Origin: an uncultured Actinomycetes bacterium
GTDB lineage: Bacteria; Actinomycetota; Thermoleophilia; RBG-16-64-13
Assembly (NCBI GenBank): GCA_963841735.1
Contig: CAWJDT010000001.1
Span: forward strand, 576,001 to 640,000
DNA length: 64,000 bases
Direction: 5' to 3'
The notes beneath the pieces are model-generated. The model saw nothing but the letters and a program-made list of their open reading frames with translations, did no database searches and had not been told where the DNA came from. Positions 37,583 to 47,390 of the stretch are shown here, piece by piece. The translations under genes and the position numbers were made by a program. Within the stretch, counting starts at the first letter, position 1. Each line of letters starts with the position of its first letter.

Positions 37583-39522
37583 ACATGAGAGAGACCCCAA
37601 CCACACAAGAATCCGCACAACATACCGACGCTGACATCCACGCGCTCTATCGGGACAACACCGAAGAGGTGGACGTGCAGCGCTTCACGGCGGGGCTGGG
37701 TGCCCGGCTCGCCTCCACCAAAACGCGGGCGAGGCGCCGCCCCGTGGTTTGCCGCGTCGCGGTCGCGGCAATCGCGCTGGTGCTCATGGCCGGCGTGGGG
37801 GTCGGCGCCTGGCAGGCATGGCAGCACCTGGGGAGAGATCGCCAAGACTTCCTCGTGATCGGCGACCCCATCGAGCCCACCACGGGGCCCGAGCAGGTGA
37901 CGCCTCCGTTCACGTACGAAGGCTCCCGGTCGATCTCCGAACTCAAGCTGAGCGAGATCTGGGCTCAAGCGGCCGCCACCTTCAACATCGACCCGAGCCA
38001 AGCTCGGCTTCAGACGCTGTACCTGTGTTGGGATCGCGACGGTCTGCTTTCTCAGTTCATGCTCGACGTGATCACGCCCGACGGGACCATGGTGATGTTG
38101 ACGGCGGGTGGGCTCCTCTGGGAGGGCCACGGCTTCAGCATCGAGGGCTGGACCCAGCACGAATTCAACACCTTCCGCATTAGTCCCTTTGAGCAGACCC
38201 TGCCTGCCCTACCGGCCGACCAAGTCCTCGCCAGTATCGATAGCGTCGGGCTCGCGGCGATCGCGGGGCAGACAGGGGTCAACCTCGAGGTCACCGCCGA
38301 GCGCGAAGACGCCTTCGACCCCGGAATGCGGGGCGTGGAGATCGCCGAGAAGCGCCTCGTGTGGTCATTCACAGCCGGTATTGCGCAAGACCCCCTCGCC
38401 CTAGCGGCCGGAGGTAGCGACATTGTGGGCGTCTCAGGCGGAAACATGGCTGCTCTCGAAGGCAACGACCTGACTTCCGCTTTGGAGCGTGCGAGCCAAT
38501 GGTGCACCCTCCAATTGGCCTGGGCATGGAAAGCCGCCTATGCGCCTGAACCAGAAGGGCCTCACGAAACGACGACCGGTGGCGTCAACGAGTTCGGCAC
38601 TCCGGCCGCCTATGTAGCAGTCGGCCCGCTCTCGACCGGGCAGGCCGGCGAAGGCGAGATAGTCGAGGCCGAACCCATCGACGCTCGACTCGATGGTCTG
38701 GCGTTCGTGAACGCCGACGGCCGCATCGCGCGCATCACCGGCGGCTCGGTGGATGAGATCGAAGGGACGACGTCGTGCGGCACAGGCGTGTCGTATTCTC
38801 TGGGCCATGACTGGCTGGTCTACAGCCCCGTGGAGCCATATGGCCCCGTGGGCATCGACGCGGTTCCCGCCGGAGACTCCGGAGAGACTCGGAGATTGCT
38901 CACCCACGAATCATCCAACACCGTCGTGAACGTCCGCTATGACGAGCGCGTGAGCCGAGTCTGGTTCGCCCTCTATGAGGACGGGGACACGTACTCACTC
39001 TGGACGACCAAGCCTCAGACGTCCGACCCGGTAGACAATCTTCTGATGCAGGGCGCCACGACCGACGACCCCGAAATGGCGCCGGTCTCTGTCCCACTGA
39101 ACCACGACTGCAGGGGCGACTTCGCCGTAGCCCCCGACGGGTCGACCGTCGTCTACCTGGGCCTCTGGGAGTCTCCGGTCAAGGCATTCCTCCGCACACA
39201 AGAGGGTGAGACTCAGCTTCCTCTGGGGTTGGCGACCGCCTACAGCCCGGTCTTTTCACCCGATGGCAGCAAGATCTGTTTCGTCGGCTCCAAAGAGGCC
39301 GCCGGTGAGACCAGCCTGTGGATCTACGACCTTCAGACCGATGAGTGCACAAAGCTAGAGGCCACAGAAGGCCTGGCGCCGACCTACCCGGTCTTCTCGC
39401 CCGACGGACAGCAGATAGCTTTCCGCAACTGGGAACTGAGAGACCTGTGGACTGTCGATGTGGATAGCGAGAGCCTCACGCGCTACGCGCTGCAGGTAGG
39501 CCAGACGCCCATCGCCTGGTAG
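37579..39522 (+). CDS. putative anti-sigma membrane protein with TolB/PD40-like repeats
   Basis: ATGA-coupled to the ECF sigma; one TM; C-terminal PVFSPDG repeats. Confidence 0.65.
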   Translation: MNMRETPTTQESAQHTDADIHALYRDNTEEVDVQRFTAGLGARLASTKTRARRRPVVCRVAVAAIALVLMAGVGVGAWQAWQHLGRDRQDFLVIGDPIEPTTGPEQVTPPFTYEGSRSISELKLSEIWAQAAATFNIDPSQARLQTLYLCWDRDGLLSQFMLDVITPDGTMVMLTAGGLLWEGHGFSIEGWTQHEFNTFRISPFEQTLPALPADQVLASIDSVGLAAIAGQTGVNLEVTAEREDAFDPGMRGVEIAEKRLVWSFTAGIAQDPLALAAGGSDIVGVSGGNMAALEGNDLTSALERASQWCTLQLAWAWKAAYAPEPEGPHETTTGGVNEFGTPAAYVAVGPLSTGQAGEGEIVEAEPIDARLDGLAFVNADGRIARITGGSVDEIEGTTSCGTGVSYSLGHDWLVYSPVEPYGPVGIDAVPAGDSGETRRLLTHESSNTVVNVRYDERVSRVWFALYEDGDTYSLWTTKPQTSDPVDNLLMQGATTDDPEMAPVSVPLNHDCRGDFAVAPDGSTVVYLGLWESPVKAFLRTQEGETQLPLGLATAYSPVFSPDGSKICFVGSKEAAGETSLWIYDLQTDECTKLEATEGLAPTYPVFSPDGQQIAFRNWELRDLWTVDVDSESLTRYALQVGQTPIAW

Positions 39523-39537
39523 ACCACCGGGGGGAGC

Positions 39538-39569
39538 GTGGCGGCCACCGCAAACGCGGTGGCCGCCAC
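39538..39569. terminator. perfect 14-bp hairpin between convergent genes
   Basis: GTGGCGGCCACCGC-AAAC-GCGGTGGCCGCCAC. Confidence 0.6.
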
Positions 39570-39641
39570 CGTTGCGTATACCGGCCGAGACGTCACCAGA
39601 CGTCGCCACGCCTAGCATCATCAACCCACCCGACTCGCCCT

Positions 39642-41699
39642 CTACCGGTAGTTGCGCCCCTTGAGAATGCGCCCCAGGATGGGGCCTCCGTCCGCCAAAG
39701 CGAGAGCGTTGATGCGGTCGCCGGCCTGGAGCCTTGTCTCCCCGCGTGCAACCATGGTCGTATCGCCCCTGATGATCGACACAATGACCGATGTAGCCGG
39801 CGGGTTGAGATCGCGCAAGGTTCGGCCCACCGCGGGATCGCCTTCCTCTAGAACGACCTCGAACGGACGCAGGCCGAACACGTGCTCCGCCCGACGCCGT
39901 TCGAAACTCACCCTGTGCCGGTCGCGCTTAGAGATGGCCGTGCCGTAGGCTCGGATGATGTCCTCACGCCGCAGGAGCCCTACGGGGATTTTGGGCTGTT
40001 CGCGCGCGACCACTGGTATGTAGCCCACCTCGAGCATCCCCGCCTGTTTGACCACCTCGTCGATGGTCTCGTCCGAGTATGCGGTCACCACCTCCCGCGA
40101 GCAGATGTCCTTGGCGGTGCCCGAGTCGATGCCCACGACGAGCGCCCGCTCCAGATCGCCCTGCGTGACCACCCCTTTTAGCAGACCGTCGGCAGCCAGC
40201 ACCATTGCGCCGCGGTGCCCGGTCTCCTGGAAGTATCGTTGCAGAGCCACGAGCGACATGCTCGGCTCGACGACCCCAGCCTTGTCCATGGGGGTCATCG
40301 CCTCGCCCACCCCGATGGCATGGAGCCGGCCGGCGCGATGCCCCAAGAAATCTATGCCCCGCTTGACCAGCTTGAGGGTGTAGATGCTCTCCGGCTCCAT
40401 TCGGGCCGCCAGGAGAGTGGAGATGACCGTGGCGAACATGAGGGGCAGCATTATCTTGTAGTCCAAAGTCAACTCGAACAGGATGACAATAGCCGTGACG
40501 GGAGCCCGAGCCGCACCGGCGAACACGGCGGCCATCCCCACGGTGGCATAGGCGCCACTGGTGGCCGTGACGCTGGGGAACAACGAGTGCATGATCCTTC
40601 CGTAGGCACTGCCCATCATCGATCCGATGAAGAGAGCAGGAGCGAACACTCCTCCGGAGAAACCCGACCCCAGAGTCAGAGAGGTGGCGACGATCCGCGC
40701 AAAGATGAGAAGCACCACCAGCCCGAAGCTGAACTGACCGATGAGGACGCTATCCATGGCCGCGAAGCCGGTCCCCAGGACCTGGGGCAGGAAGTAACCC
40801 AGCAGCCCGATCGCCAGGCCGGCGATGGGCGGTTTCATCCAGTTGGGTATGGTCCACTTGTCGAACATCGCCTCTGAGAAGTAGAGCGTGCGCACGAAGA
40901 GCAGCGCTACGAAAGCAGCCACTATCCCGAGGCCGAGGTACATGAACAGCTCCCAATTACTCACGAGATCGTAAGCGGGCACATGGAATGACGGATAGTC
41001 ACCCAGGAACAGCCGGCTCACCACACTGGCCGAGACCGAGGCGAACACCATGCTGCTCACCGCCCCGACGCTGAACTCGCCCACAAGCACCTCGAGCGTG
41101 AACATCACCCCGGCGATGGGCGCGTTGAAAGTAGCAGCGATACCTCCCGCGGCGCCGGCGCCGACTAGGGCGAGAATCCGCGGCCTACTGATCTTGAGCC
41201 ATTGCCCGAGAGTGGAACCGACGGCCGCCCCGATCTGGACAATCGGGCCTTCTCGTCCCGCCGAGCCCCCCGACCCGATGGTAATGGCCGAAGCTACGGT
41301 CTTCACGAGGATCACCATGGGTCGTATGCGGCCTCCCCGGGTCTCCATGGCGATCATGACCTCAGGGACGCCGTGGCCCCGGGCCTCGGGAGCCAAGAAA
41401 TGCACAAGAGGTCCCACGATCAACCCGCCGAGCACCGGAAGCACCAACACGTACCATCCGCCCAGGCCCGAGAAGGCCTTCGCACCTTCATCGAAGAACA
41501 GGCGCTGGCAGAGGGAGATGATCTCGATGAAGGCGACCGCGCCCAAGCCTGTGACAGCACCGACCACAGCGGCAAGCACCGCTGTACCGGGCACGTCTGA
41601 AGACCAGAAGCTCTTGACGAGACGACGCTGCCTGTCTAGGGTCGCCCGTCGGCCGACGGCGAGCCTTAGCTTCTCTTGTTCTGTTTGGTCGCTTGTCAT
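39642..41699 (-). CDS. ClC chloride channel with CBS pair and TrkA-C domain
   Basis: GHGVP, GREGP, GGVFAP, then CBS domains and a C-terminal RCK-C. Confidence 0.92.
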   Translation of the reverse strand: MTSDQTEQEKLRLAVGRRATLDRQRRLVKSFWSSDVPGTAVLAAVVGAVTGLGAVAFIEIISLCQRLFFDEGAKAFSGLGGWYVLVLPVLGGLIVGPLVHFLAPEARGHGVPEVMIAMETRGGRIRPMVILVKTVASAITIGSGGSAGREGPIVQIGAAVGSTLGQWLKISRPRILALVGAGAAGGIAATFNAPIAGVMFTLEVLVGEFSVGAVSSMVFASVSASVVSRLFLGDYPSFHVPAYDLVSNWELFMYLGLGIVAAFVALLFVRTLYFSEAMFDKWTIPNWMKPPIAGLAIGLLGYFLPQVLGTGFAAMDSVLIGQFSFGLVVLLIFARIVATSLTLGSGFSGGVFAPALFIGSMMGSAYGRIMHSLFPSVTATSGAYATVGMAAVFAGAARAPVTAIVILFELTLDYKIMLPLMFATVISTLLAARMEPESIYTLKLVKRGIDFLGHRAGRLHAIGVGEAMTPMDKAGVVEPSMSLVALQRYFQETGHRGAMVLAADGLLKGVVTQGDLERALVVGIDSGTAKDICSREVVTAYSDETIDEVVKQAGMLEVGYIPVVAREQPKIPVGLLRREDIIRAYGTAISKRDRHRVSFERRRAEHVFGLRPFEVVLEEGDPAVGRTLRDLNPPATSVIVSIIRGDTTMVARGETRLQAGDRINALALADGGPILGRILKGRNYR

Positions 41700-41885
41700 G
41701 CGAAACGCTCGGTGTCTGTGCTCCCGGACGCGGTTGCCAGTGGGCAACCGCAAAAAGGGCATGGGGTAGAAACAACGTTAGAGACTAGCCCACTCCGGTG
41801 CCCGCGACAACCGCTTCCACGGACCGGCGGCGATACCCCCGCCGGCGGCGCCCTTCGCGTCGGCCACGACGCGGCTGGTGACCCC

Positions 41886-44800
41886 CTAAGCCCTGGCCAC
41901 CTCGATCATCACCGACAGCCCGTTCACCTTCAGCGACTCACGGTAGGTGCCGGACGGCGCGTCGCCCGGCGCCGCCGGGTCACCGTCGTCGTCGCCCGAT
42001 GCCGCCGGGCCGTCGCCGGTCTCACTCATTTCCAAGCTCAGCGCCAGCGTCTCCTTCTGCACCCACTCTCCGTGAACGGTCAGCATCTCAGCGACCTCGG
42101 GCGGTCCGATCAAGCGCACGTTGATACGGTCGTCAATCTGAAACTCGGCAGCTTTGCGAGTGTTTTGGATGTGATGCACCAGCTCCCGGGCCAGACCTTC
42201 GCGCACCAACTCCGGCGACAGCACAGTCGAGAGGGCAACTGCCACTCCACCTTCGCGCTCCACCTTGTACCCCTCGCGCTCGTGGGTCTCGACGGCGAAG
42301 TCCTCGGGAGTGAACTCGTACTCATGGCCGTCCACCACCACCGGCACCGAGCGACCGCCGGCCAGGAGGTCGCCGGTCTCGTCGGCGGGTAGAGCCTCCA
42401 CCGCCTGAGCCACCGCCGGCATGTTCTTGCCGAACTTGGGTCCCAGAGTCCGGTAGTTGGGCTTGACGACGTAGCTCACCAACTCGCTCGCCGACTCCAC
42501 GTACTCGACACCCTTGACGTTGAGCTCCTCGGACACTACGGCGGAGAGACTCTCCACGGCGGCGCGTTCCCTCTCAGTGCAGGCCACCACGACCTTCTCC
42601 ACCGGCTGGCGCGTCTTGATCTGCGCCGCGTTACGGGCGGCGCGCCCAAGGTTGACCACTCTGCGGGCGACAGCCATGCGGAACGAAAGATCCTCGTCCA
42701 TGAGGGCTTCGTCGGCGATGGGCCAATCGCACAGATGCACCGATACCGGCGCATATTTAGGCTGCTGAAAAACGGAGTCCCGGCCACCAGAACACCCTGT
42801 GCGGCGCGATACGTCGTCCTCAGTCGCGGCAATAGCGCTGCTATTGCCGCTCCCTGCGTCCTTGTCTTGCGCGTGCCCATCGTGCCCTGGCGGCGAAACG
42901 CCGTCTTCCAGCAGCCTCCCAGGGGAACGTTCAGCCACCAGATTTTGATAAAGCTCTTCAGCCAGAAACGGCGTAAAAGGTGCGAGCAACTTGCTGAGGG
43001 TCGCCAGGCACTCGTTCAGGGTGAGGTAGGCGGCGATCTTGTCGGCGTCGGCCTCACTTTTCCAGAAGCGCCGGCGGCTGCGGCGCACATACCAGTTGGA
43101 CAGCTCGTCCACGAAGTCGGCGATGGCCCGGCCGGCCGAGAACGCGTCGTACTGGTCGAGCTCGTCGGTGACCTTCTGCACCAGCAGATGAAGGTCGCCC
43201 AGTATCCAGCGGTCCATGAGCGTGCGGTCGTCCACCGGCACCTGGTGCTGAGCCGGGTCGAAGCCGTCGATATTGGCGTAGAGCGTGTAAAAGGAATAGG
43301 TGTTCCAGAGGGTGAGGATGAACTTGCGGATCACCTCGTCGACGTTCTCCGGCCCGAACCGGCGCGCGAACCAGGGAGAACTCACCGTGAACAGGTACCA
43401 GCGCAACGCGTCGGCGCCCTGCTTGTCCAAGATGCTCCAAGGATCGACCACGTTACCCAGGCGCTTGGACATCTTACGACCGTCATTGTCCAAGATGTGC
43501 CCCAAGCAGAGCACGTTGCGGTAGCAGGTCTGGCCGGTCAGCAAAGCGCTGATGGCCAGCAGGCTGTAGAACCATCCCCGGGTCTGGTCGATAGCCTCGC
43601 AGATGAAGTCGGCAGGGAAGCGCCGCTCCCACAGTTCACGGTTCTCGAAGGGGTAGTGCCACTGCGCCACCGGCATTGCTCCTGAGTCGAACCAGGCGTC
43701 TATGACCGAGGCCAGCCGAGTCGCGGTCGCGCCGCACTCCGGGCAGGCGAAGGTGACCTCGTCAACATAGGGCCGGTGCAGCTCCAGGGCGGAGAGATCG
43801 CGGCCGGCCTTCTCGCTAAGCTCCGCCCGCGAGCCGATCACCGTGTCGTGCCCGTTCTCGCACCGCCACACCGGCAGCGGCGTGCCCCAATAGCGGTCGC
43901 GCGACAGCGACCAGTCGATGTTGTTTTCCAGCCACTTGCCAAAGCGACCGTGCTTGAGGTGTTCGGGATACCAGGTCACCTCTTCGTTGGCGGCCAGCAC
44001 CTCGTCCTTGCGGGCGGTGGTGCGCACATACCACGAAGACTTGGCGTAGTAGATAAGAGGCGTGTCGCAGCGCCAGCAATGCGGATAGTTGTGCTCGTAG
44101 GGCCGGCGGGCAAACAGCAGCCCCCGCGACTCCAGTTCGTCCATGATGCCGGCGTCGGCGTCTTTGACGAACACCCCGGCCCAGGGCGTGATCTCCGCCG
44201 TGAACCGACCTTCCAAGTCCACCGGCATTATCACCGGGAGGTCGTTGGCCTGCCCAACCAGCATGTCGTCGGCACCGAATGCGGGCGCGATGTGAACGAT
44301 GCCGGTGCCCTCGTCGGTGGCCACATACTCGGCGGCGACAACGCGCCAGGCAGGCTTGTCAGGAGTGACGAAGTCGTAAGGCGCCTTGTATTCGCGGCCC
44401 ACCAGGTGCGAACCCGAGAAGGTCTCTTCGACCACGGCTTCCGGCCCCAGGACGGCGGCCACCAAGTCGGCGGCCAGTATCAGATGCTCGTCGCCCAGCC
44501 GCGCCTTCGCGTACTCGATGTCGGCGCCCACGGCCGCGGCCACGTTGGAGATCAGGGTCCAAGGCGTAGTGGTCCATACCAGCAGGCTGAGGGACTCTCC
44601 GGCCGTGACCAGGGGGAAGCGTACGAACACCGAGGGGTCGGTGACCATCACGTACCCTGCGGCCACCTCGTGCGACGACAGCGCCGTACCGCAACGCGGG
44701 CAATAGGGCACCACTTTGTAGCCCTCGTAGAGCAGCCCCTGCTTTGAGAACTCGGAGAGGATCCACCAGACGGACTCGATGTACTCGTTGGTCATGGTCA

Positions 44801-45254
44801 TGTAGGGGTCGGATAGATCAAGCCACATGCCGATGCGCTCGGTCATGCGGTTCCAGTCGTCCACGTAGGCGGTCACCGATTCCCGGCACTGGCGGTTGAA
44901 CTCCGCCACACCGTATTCCTCGATCTGCTCCTTGTGGTCGAAACCCAGACGCTTCTCGATCTCCAGCTCTACGGGCAGCCCGTGACAGTCCCAGCCTGCC
45001 TTGCGCCCCACGTGGTACCCCTGCATGGTCTTGTAGCGTGGGTAGACGTCTTTGAACACCCGGGCCAGCACGTGGTGAACCCCAGGCTTGCCGTTGGCCG
45101 TGGGCGGGCCTTCGTAGAACACCCATTCCGGCCTGCCGGAGCGCTTCTCCATGCTCTGTTCAAAAATGCGCCGCTCTTTCCACCAACCAAGGATCCGCTC
45201 CTCCAGAGCGGGGAAGCTTTGTCCCGTATCCACTGCTCGATACCGGCCTGCCAT
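41886..45254 (-). CDS. ileS: isoleucine--tRNA ligase, type 2
   Basis: FYEGPPTANG, GVHH, WDCHGLP, WTTTPWT, SRDRYWGTPLP, KMSKR; upstream Ile T-box; GGAGG RBS. Confidence 0.96.
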   Translation of the reverse strand: MAGRYRAVDTGQSFPALEERILGWWKERRIFEQSMEKRSGRPEWVFYEGPPTANGKPGVHHVLARVFKDVYPRYKTMQGYHVGRKAGWDCHGLPVELEIEKRLGFDHKEQIEEYGVAEFNRQCRESVTAYVDDWNRMTERIGMWLDLSDPYMTMTNEYIESVWWILSEFSKQGLLYEGYKVVPYCPRCGTALSSHEVAAGYVMVTDPSVFVRFPLVTAGESLSLLVWTTTPWTLISNVAAAVGADIEYAKARLGDEHLILAADLVAAVLGPEAVVEETFSGSHLVGREYKAPYDFVTPDKPAWRVVAAEYVATDEGTGIVHIAPAFGADDMLVGQANDLPVIMPVDLEGRFTAEITPWAGVFVKDADAGIMDELESRGLLFARRPYEHNYPHCWRCDTPLIYYAKSSWYVRTTARKDEVLAANEEVTWYPEHLKHGRFGKWLENNIDWSLSRDRYWGTPLPVWRCENGHDTVIGSRAELSEKAGRDLSALELHRPYVDEVTFACPECGATATRLASVIDAWFDSGAMPVAQWHYPFENRELWERRFPADFICEAIDQTRGWFYSLLAISALLTGQTCYRNVLCLGHILDNDGRKMSKRLGNVVDPWSILDKQGADALRWYLFTVSSPWFARRFGPENVDEVIRKFILTLWNTYSFYTLYANIDGFDPAQHQVPVDDRTLMDRWILGDLHLLVQKVTDELDQYDAFSAGRAIADFVDELSNWYVRRSRRRFWKSEADADKIAAYLTLNECLATLSKLLAPFTPFLAEELYQNLVAERSPGRLLEDGVSPPGHDGHAQDKDAGSGNSSAIAATEDDVSRRTGCSGGRDSVFQQPKYAPVSVHLCDWPIADEALMDEDLSFRMAVARRVVNLGRAARNAAQIKTRQPVEKVVVACTERERAAVESLSAVVSEELNVKGVEYVESASELVSYVVKPNYRTLGPKFGKNMPAVAQAVEALPADETGDLLAGGRSVPVVVDGHEYEFTPEDFAVETHEREGYKVEREGGVAVALSTVLSPELVREGLARELVHHIQNTRKAAEFQIDDRINVRLIGPPEVAEMLTVHGEWVQKETLALSLEMSETGDGPAASGDDDGDPAAPGDAPSGTYRESLKVNGLSVMIEVARA
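42759..42917 (-). repeat. 159-bp palindromic (MITE-like) element, copy 1, in frame within ileS
   Basis: Terminal inverted repeats AGGCTGCTGAAAAACGG / CCGTCTTCCAGCAGCCT; length equals 53 codons; homologous to 45375-45533. Confidence 0.8.
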
Positions 45255-45345
45255 TGATCCTCCTAGTCGGTGAGGCCCACACACGGCGTCGCGCCCATCT
45301 CGGCGCCTACGCCGGCGCCGTCCTTCATGCGCCGCTTCTGCCCTA

Positions 45346-45932
45346 CAAAAACAAATACGCCCCGCCCCGCGCTACGCCTGCCAAAGGACGAGGCCTCGCC
45401 GCCAGGGCACGATGGCCGAGTGCGAGAGAAGGACGCAGGAAGCAAGCGTAGCAGAGCTACGGTCGCGACCGAGGACGCCCTATCGCGCCGACCAGTGCGT
45501 TCTGGTGGCCGAGGTTTCGTTCTTTGGCGGGTGCTCAACCTGCTGGTGTCACTCACCCGCGAGGTCGCCTGCTCCGCGACTGTTCTTCGCGGAACCGGAG
45601 CGCATAGGGACGGGACGTTGCCCGCGGTACCACCCTACTTGGCCGCGCGCCGCCGCGCCGAAGGCGCTGCTGCGCTGCTGCCGGTGCCACCGCTCTTCCG
45701 CGGCGCCGCCCGGCGCGACCCACTCAGTGGACGCTCCAGCCCTTGCGGCTGCTACGTCCCCCTTCTGTGACGGGAAGGACCCGGCCGGATCTACTGAGAA
45801 GGGCCGCATAGGAACCCGTCCGTTCGACCGGCGGCTCGGGGATGATCTTCGGACACCGATTCCCGCCGGGCTCACACCATCCCCGGCTCGCTTGGGAGAA
45901 GAGCGACGCCTACTCGTTCCCGTCATCGCCTT
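45346..45932 (-). promoter_or_regulatory. Ile T-box riboswitch, transcription-attenuation type
   Basis: Stem I with AG bulge and GGTGTGAG distal loop, specifier ATC at 45846-45844, T-box AAGTAGGGTGGTACCGCG at 45640-45623, terminator arms 45618-45599 and 45373-45357 followed by a U-rich tract. Confidence 0.9.
45375..45533 (+). repeat. 159-bp palindromic element, copy 2, inside the T-box terminator loop
   Basis: Shares TCGCCGCCAGGGCACGATGG, AAGGACGCAGG, GAGGACG, TATCGCGCCG and GTTCTGGTGGCCG with copy 1; ends are self-complementary with G-U pairs. Confidence 0.8.
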
Positions 45933-46410
45933 TGTGCTGAAGCAGTCTAGATGCCCCCCTGGGAAACTTCAAGCGGACCCGATTGAGCCGGTTCACCGCC
46001 CCGATGCGCACGGTCAGGGCCACGAGGGCTCCCCAGCGGCCGACTCCAAACCATGCTCTCCGTCCATTTCGCTCCACCGAGTCGACTATCCCCAAGATCT
46101 GGCCCGCCGGATGCTCGCCGTTCGCCACGGTAGTGTTGTCGCCTCGGAGCAGAAACAACTCGCCCCGCCTGCGCACCACCCGGTGCACAAGCAGACCGCC
46201 TCCCGGCATACCCCGGATGGCCACAACATCACCCAGATTAGGCTCCGACCCGACCAGCGGCCGCAACTGCACCACGTCTCCCGGCCGGATGAAGGGCAGC
46301 ATGCTGCGCCCATCTACCGGGAAGCGGACCTCCGCGCCCGATTCGAGGGTCGACTCTACCAGCGCGGCCAGAACCTGGCCCGAAGGCACCGCATCGCCGG
46401 GCGCGTTCAT
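45910..46410 (-). CDS. S24/S26-family peptidase
   Basis: GRSMLP.I..GD, GDVV, VHRV, RGDN; ATGA-coupled to the upstream gene. Confidence 0.85.
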   Translation of the reverse strand: MNAPGDAVPSGQVLAALVESTLESGAEVRFPVDGRSMLPFIRPGDVVQLRPLVGSEPNLGDVVAIRGMPGGGLLVHRVVRRRGELFLLRGDNTTVANGEHPAGQILGIVDSVERNGRRAWFGVGRWGALVALTVRIGAVNRLNRVRLKFPRGASRLLQHKGDDGNE

Positions 46411-47390
46411 GCGGACGCGCCCGCCTCCGCCCAGGACCGGCCCATGAGCAGGTCCACCACCTCCGAATCAGCCCGGAAGCGCAGGTCGTAGCAAGGGAAG
46501 GTCTCCACCGCCCGGGCGCACGTCTCCAGCACGAGGTTGCCCCGCACCCGGTCGTACCAGGGGCAAGACACCACCGGCATAAGCCGGCGCATGGCCGTGC
46601 CGACAGGAAGCGACACCAGTTCAGTCTGGTCGGCCTTGACGAGGAAGAGCAGCGCCCCCAGCGGGGCGCAAACGTTCTGAGCCACGCCGGCGTCGCCGGG
46701 CCAGGGAGTTCCCCATATCTCGGCCTGCTTTCGTGCGCCCTCAGACTCTGAGATGCCGCCCGCCCCCTCCCCCCACATGATCACCCGATCGTCGCTCAGC
46801 AGATACTCGGTGTGCCCGGCCGCCATGAACAGCCGACAGAGCGTGGACTTGCCCGCTCCGGAGACGCCCGGAAACACTAGGGCCTTTCCTTGGATCACGG
46901 CAGCCGCCGCGTGCACGATCACCCCTCCTCGCAAGGCTAGGTGGTTCATCATCAGCAGCTGGTCGAGCGGATAGCGCACCGGGTCGGCAAGCTGCCCGGC
47001 CGGCGGCGGCGAAGAAGTCTCCTCCAGAGGAGCGTGAACCACCACCCGAGTTGTCTCGGAGTTAGACCTAGCAACCATGCTGAAGTTGCCCTCGCCGTCT
47101 CCAAAGAGATTGAGCCGGTAGCCTTCATCTTCGATCTGCGCCATCCACTCCCCGCCGGTGTCGAAATACTCGGGAGAGGGGTTGGCAGGAGCGGGATAAT
47201 CCAGCACCTCGATATCTATGGTCGAGGAATCGGGAGCGCGAGAGTCGGACGCGACCTGGAAGGGGAGATAGCAGGGGTCGCCCAGGTCGACCAGCTCAAG
47301 ATCAGAGCGGGCGCGCAGCTTGACGCCGGCGACGCTGAGCGTTCGGACGGCTAGGAACCCCACGACGAGCACGGAGAGATACCGCAGCAA
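46407..47390 (-). CDS. HprK-related P-loop protein (ScmC-like)
   Basis: VIVHAAA, Walker A GVSGAGKST, LSDDR, WGTPW; the start may be GTG at 47363. Confidence 0.75.
   Translation of the reverse strand: MLRYLSVLVVGFLAVRTLSVAGVKLRARSDLELVDLGDPCYLPFQVASDSRAPDSSTIDIEVLDYPAPANPSPEYFDTGGEWMAQIEDEGYRLNLFGDGEGNFSMVARSNSETTRVVVHAPLEETSSPPPAGQLADPVRYPLDQLLMMNHLALRGGVIVHAAAAVIQGKALVFPGVSGAGKSTLCRLFMAAGHTEYLLSDDRVIMWGEGAGGISESEGARKQAEIWGTPWPGDAGVAQNVCAPLGALLFLVKADQTELVSLPVGTAMRRLMPVVSCPWYDRVRGNLVLETCARAVETFPCYDLRFRADSEVVDLLMGRSWAEAGASA

Noticed and set aside
45270-46491. Plus-strand ORFs 45270-45770 and 45412-46491
   Set aside because: They overlap the T-box and the repeat element; the similarity to the IleS insert comes from the shared DNA element
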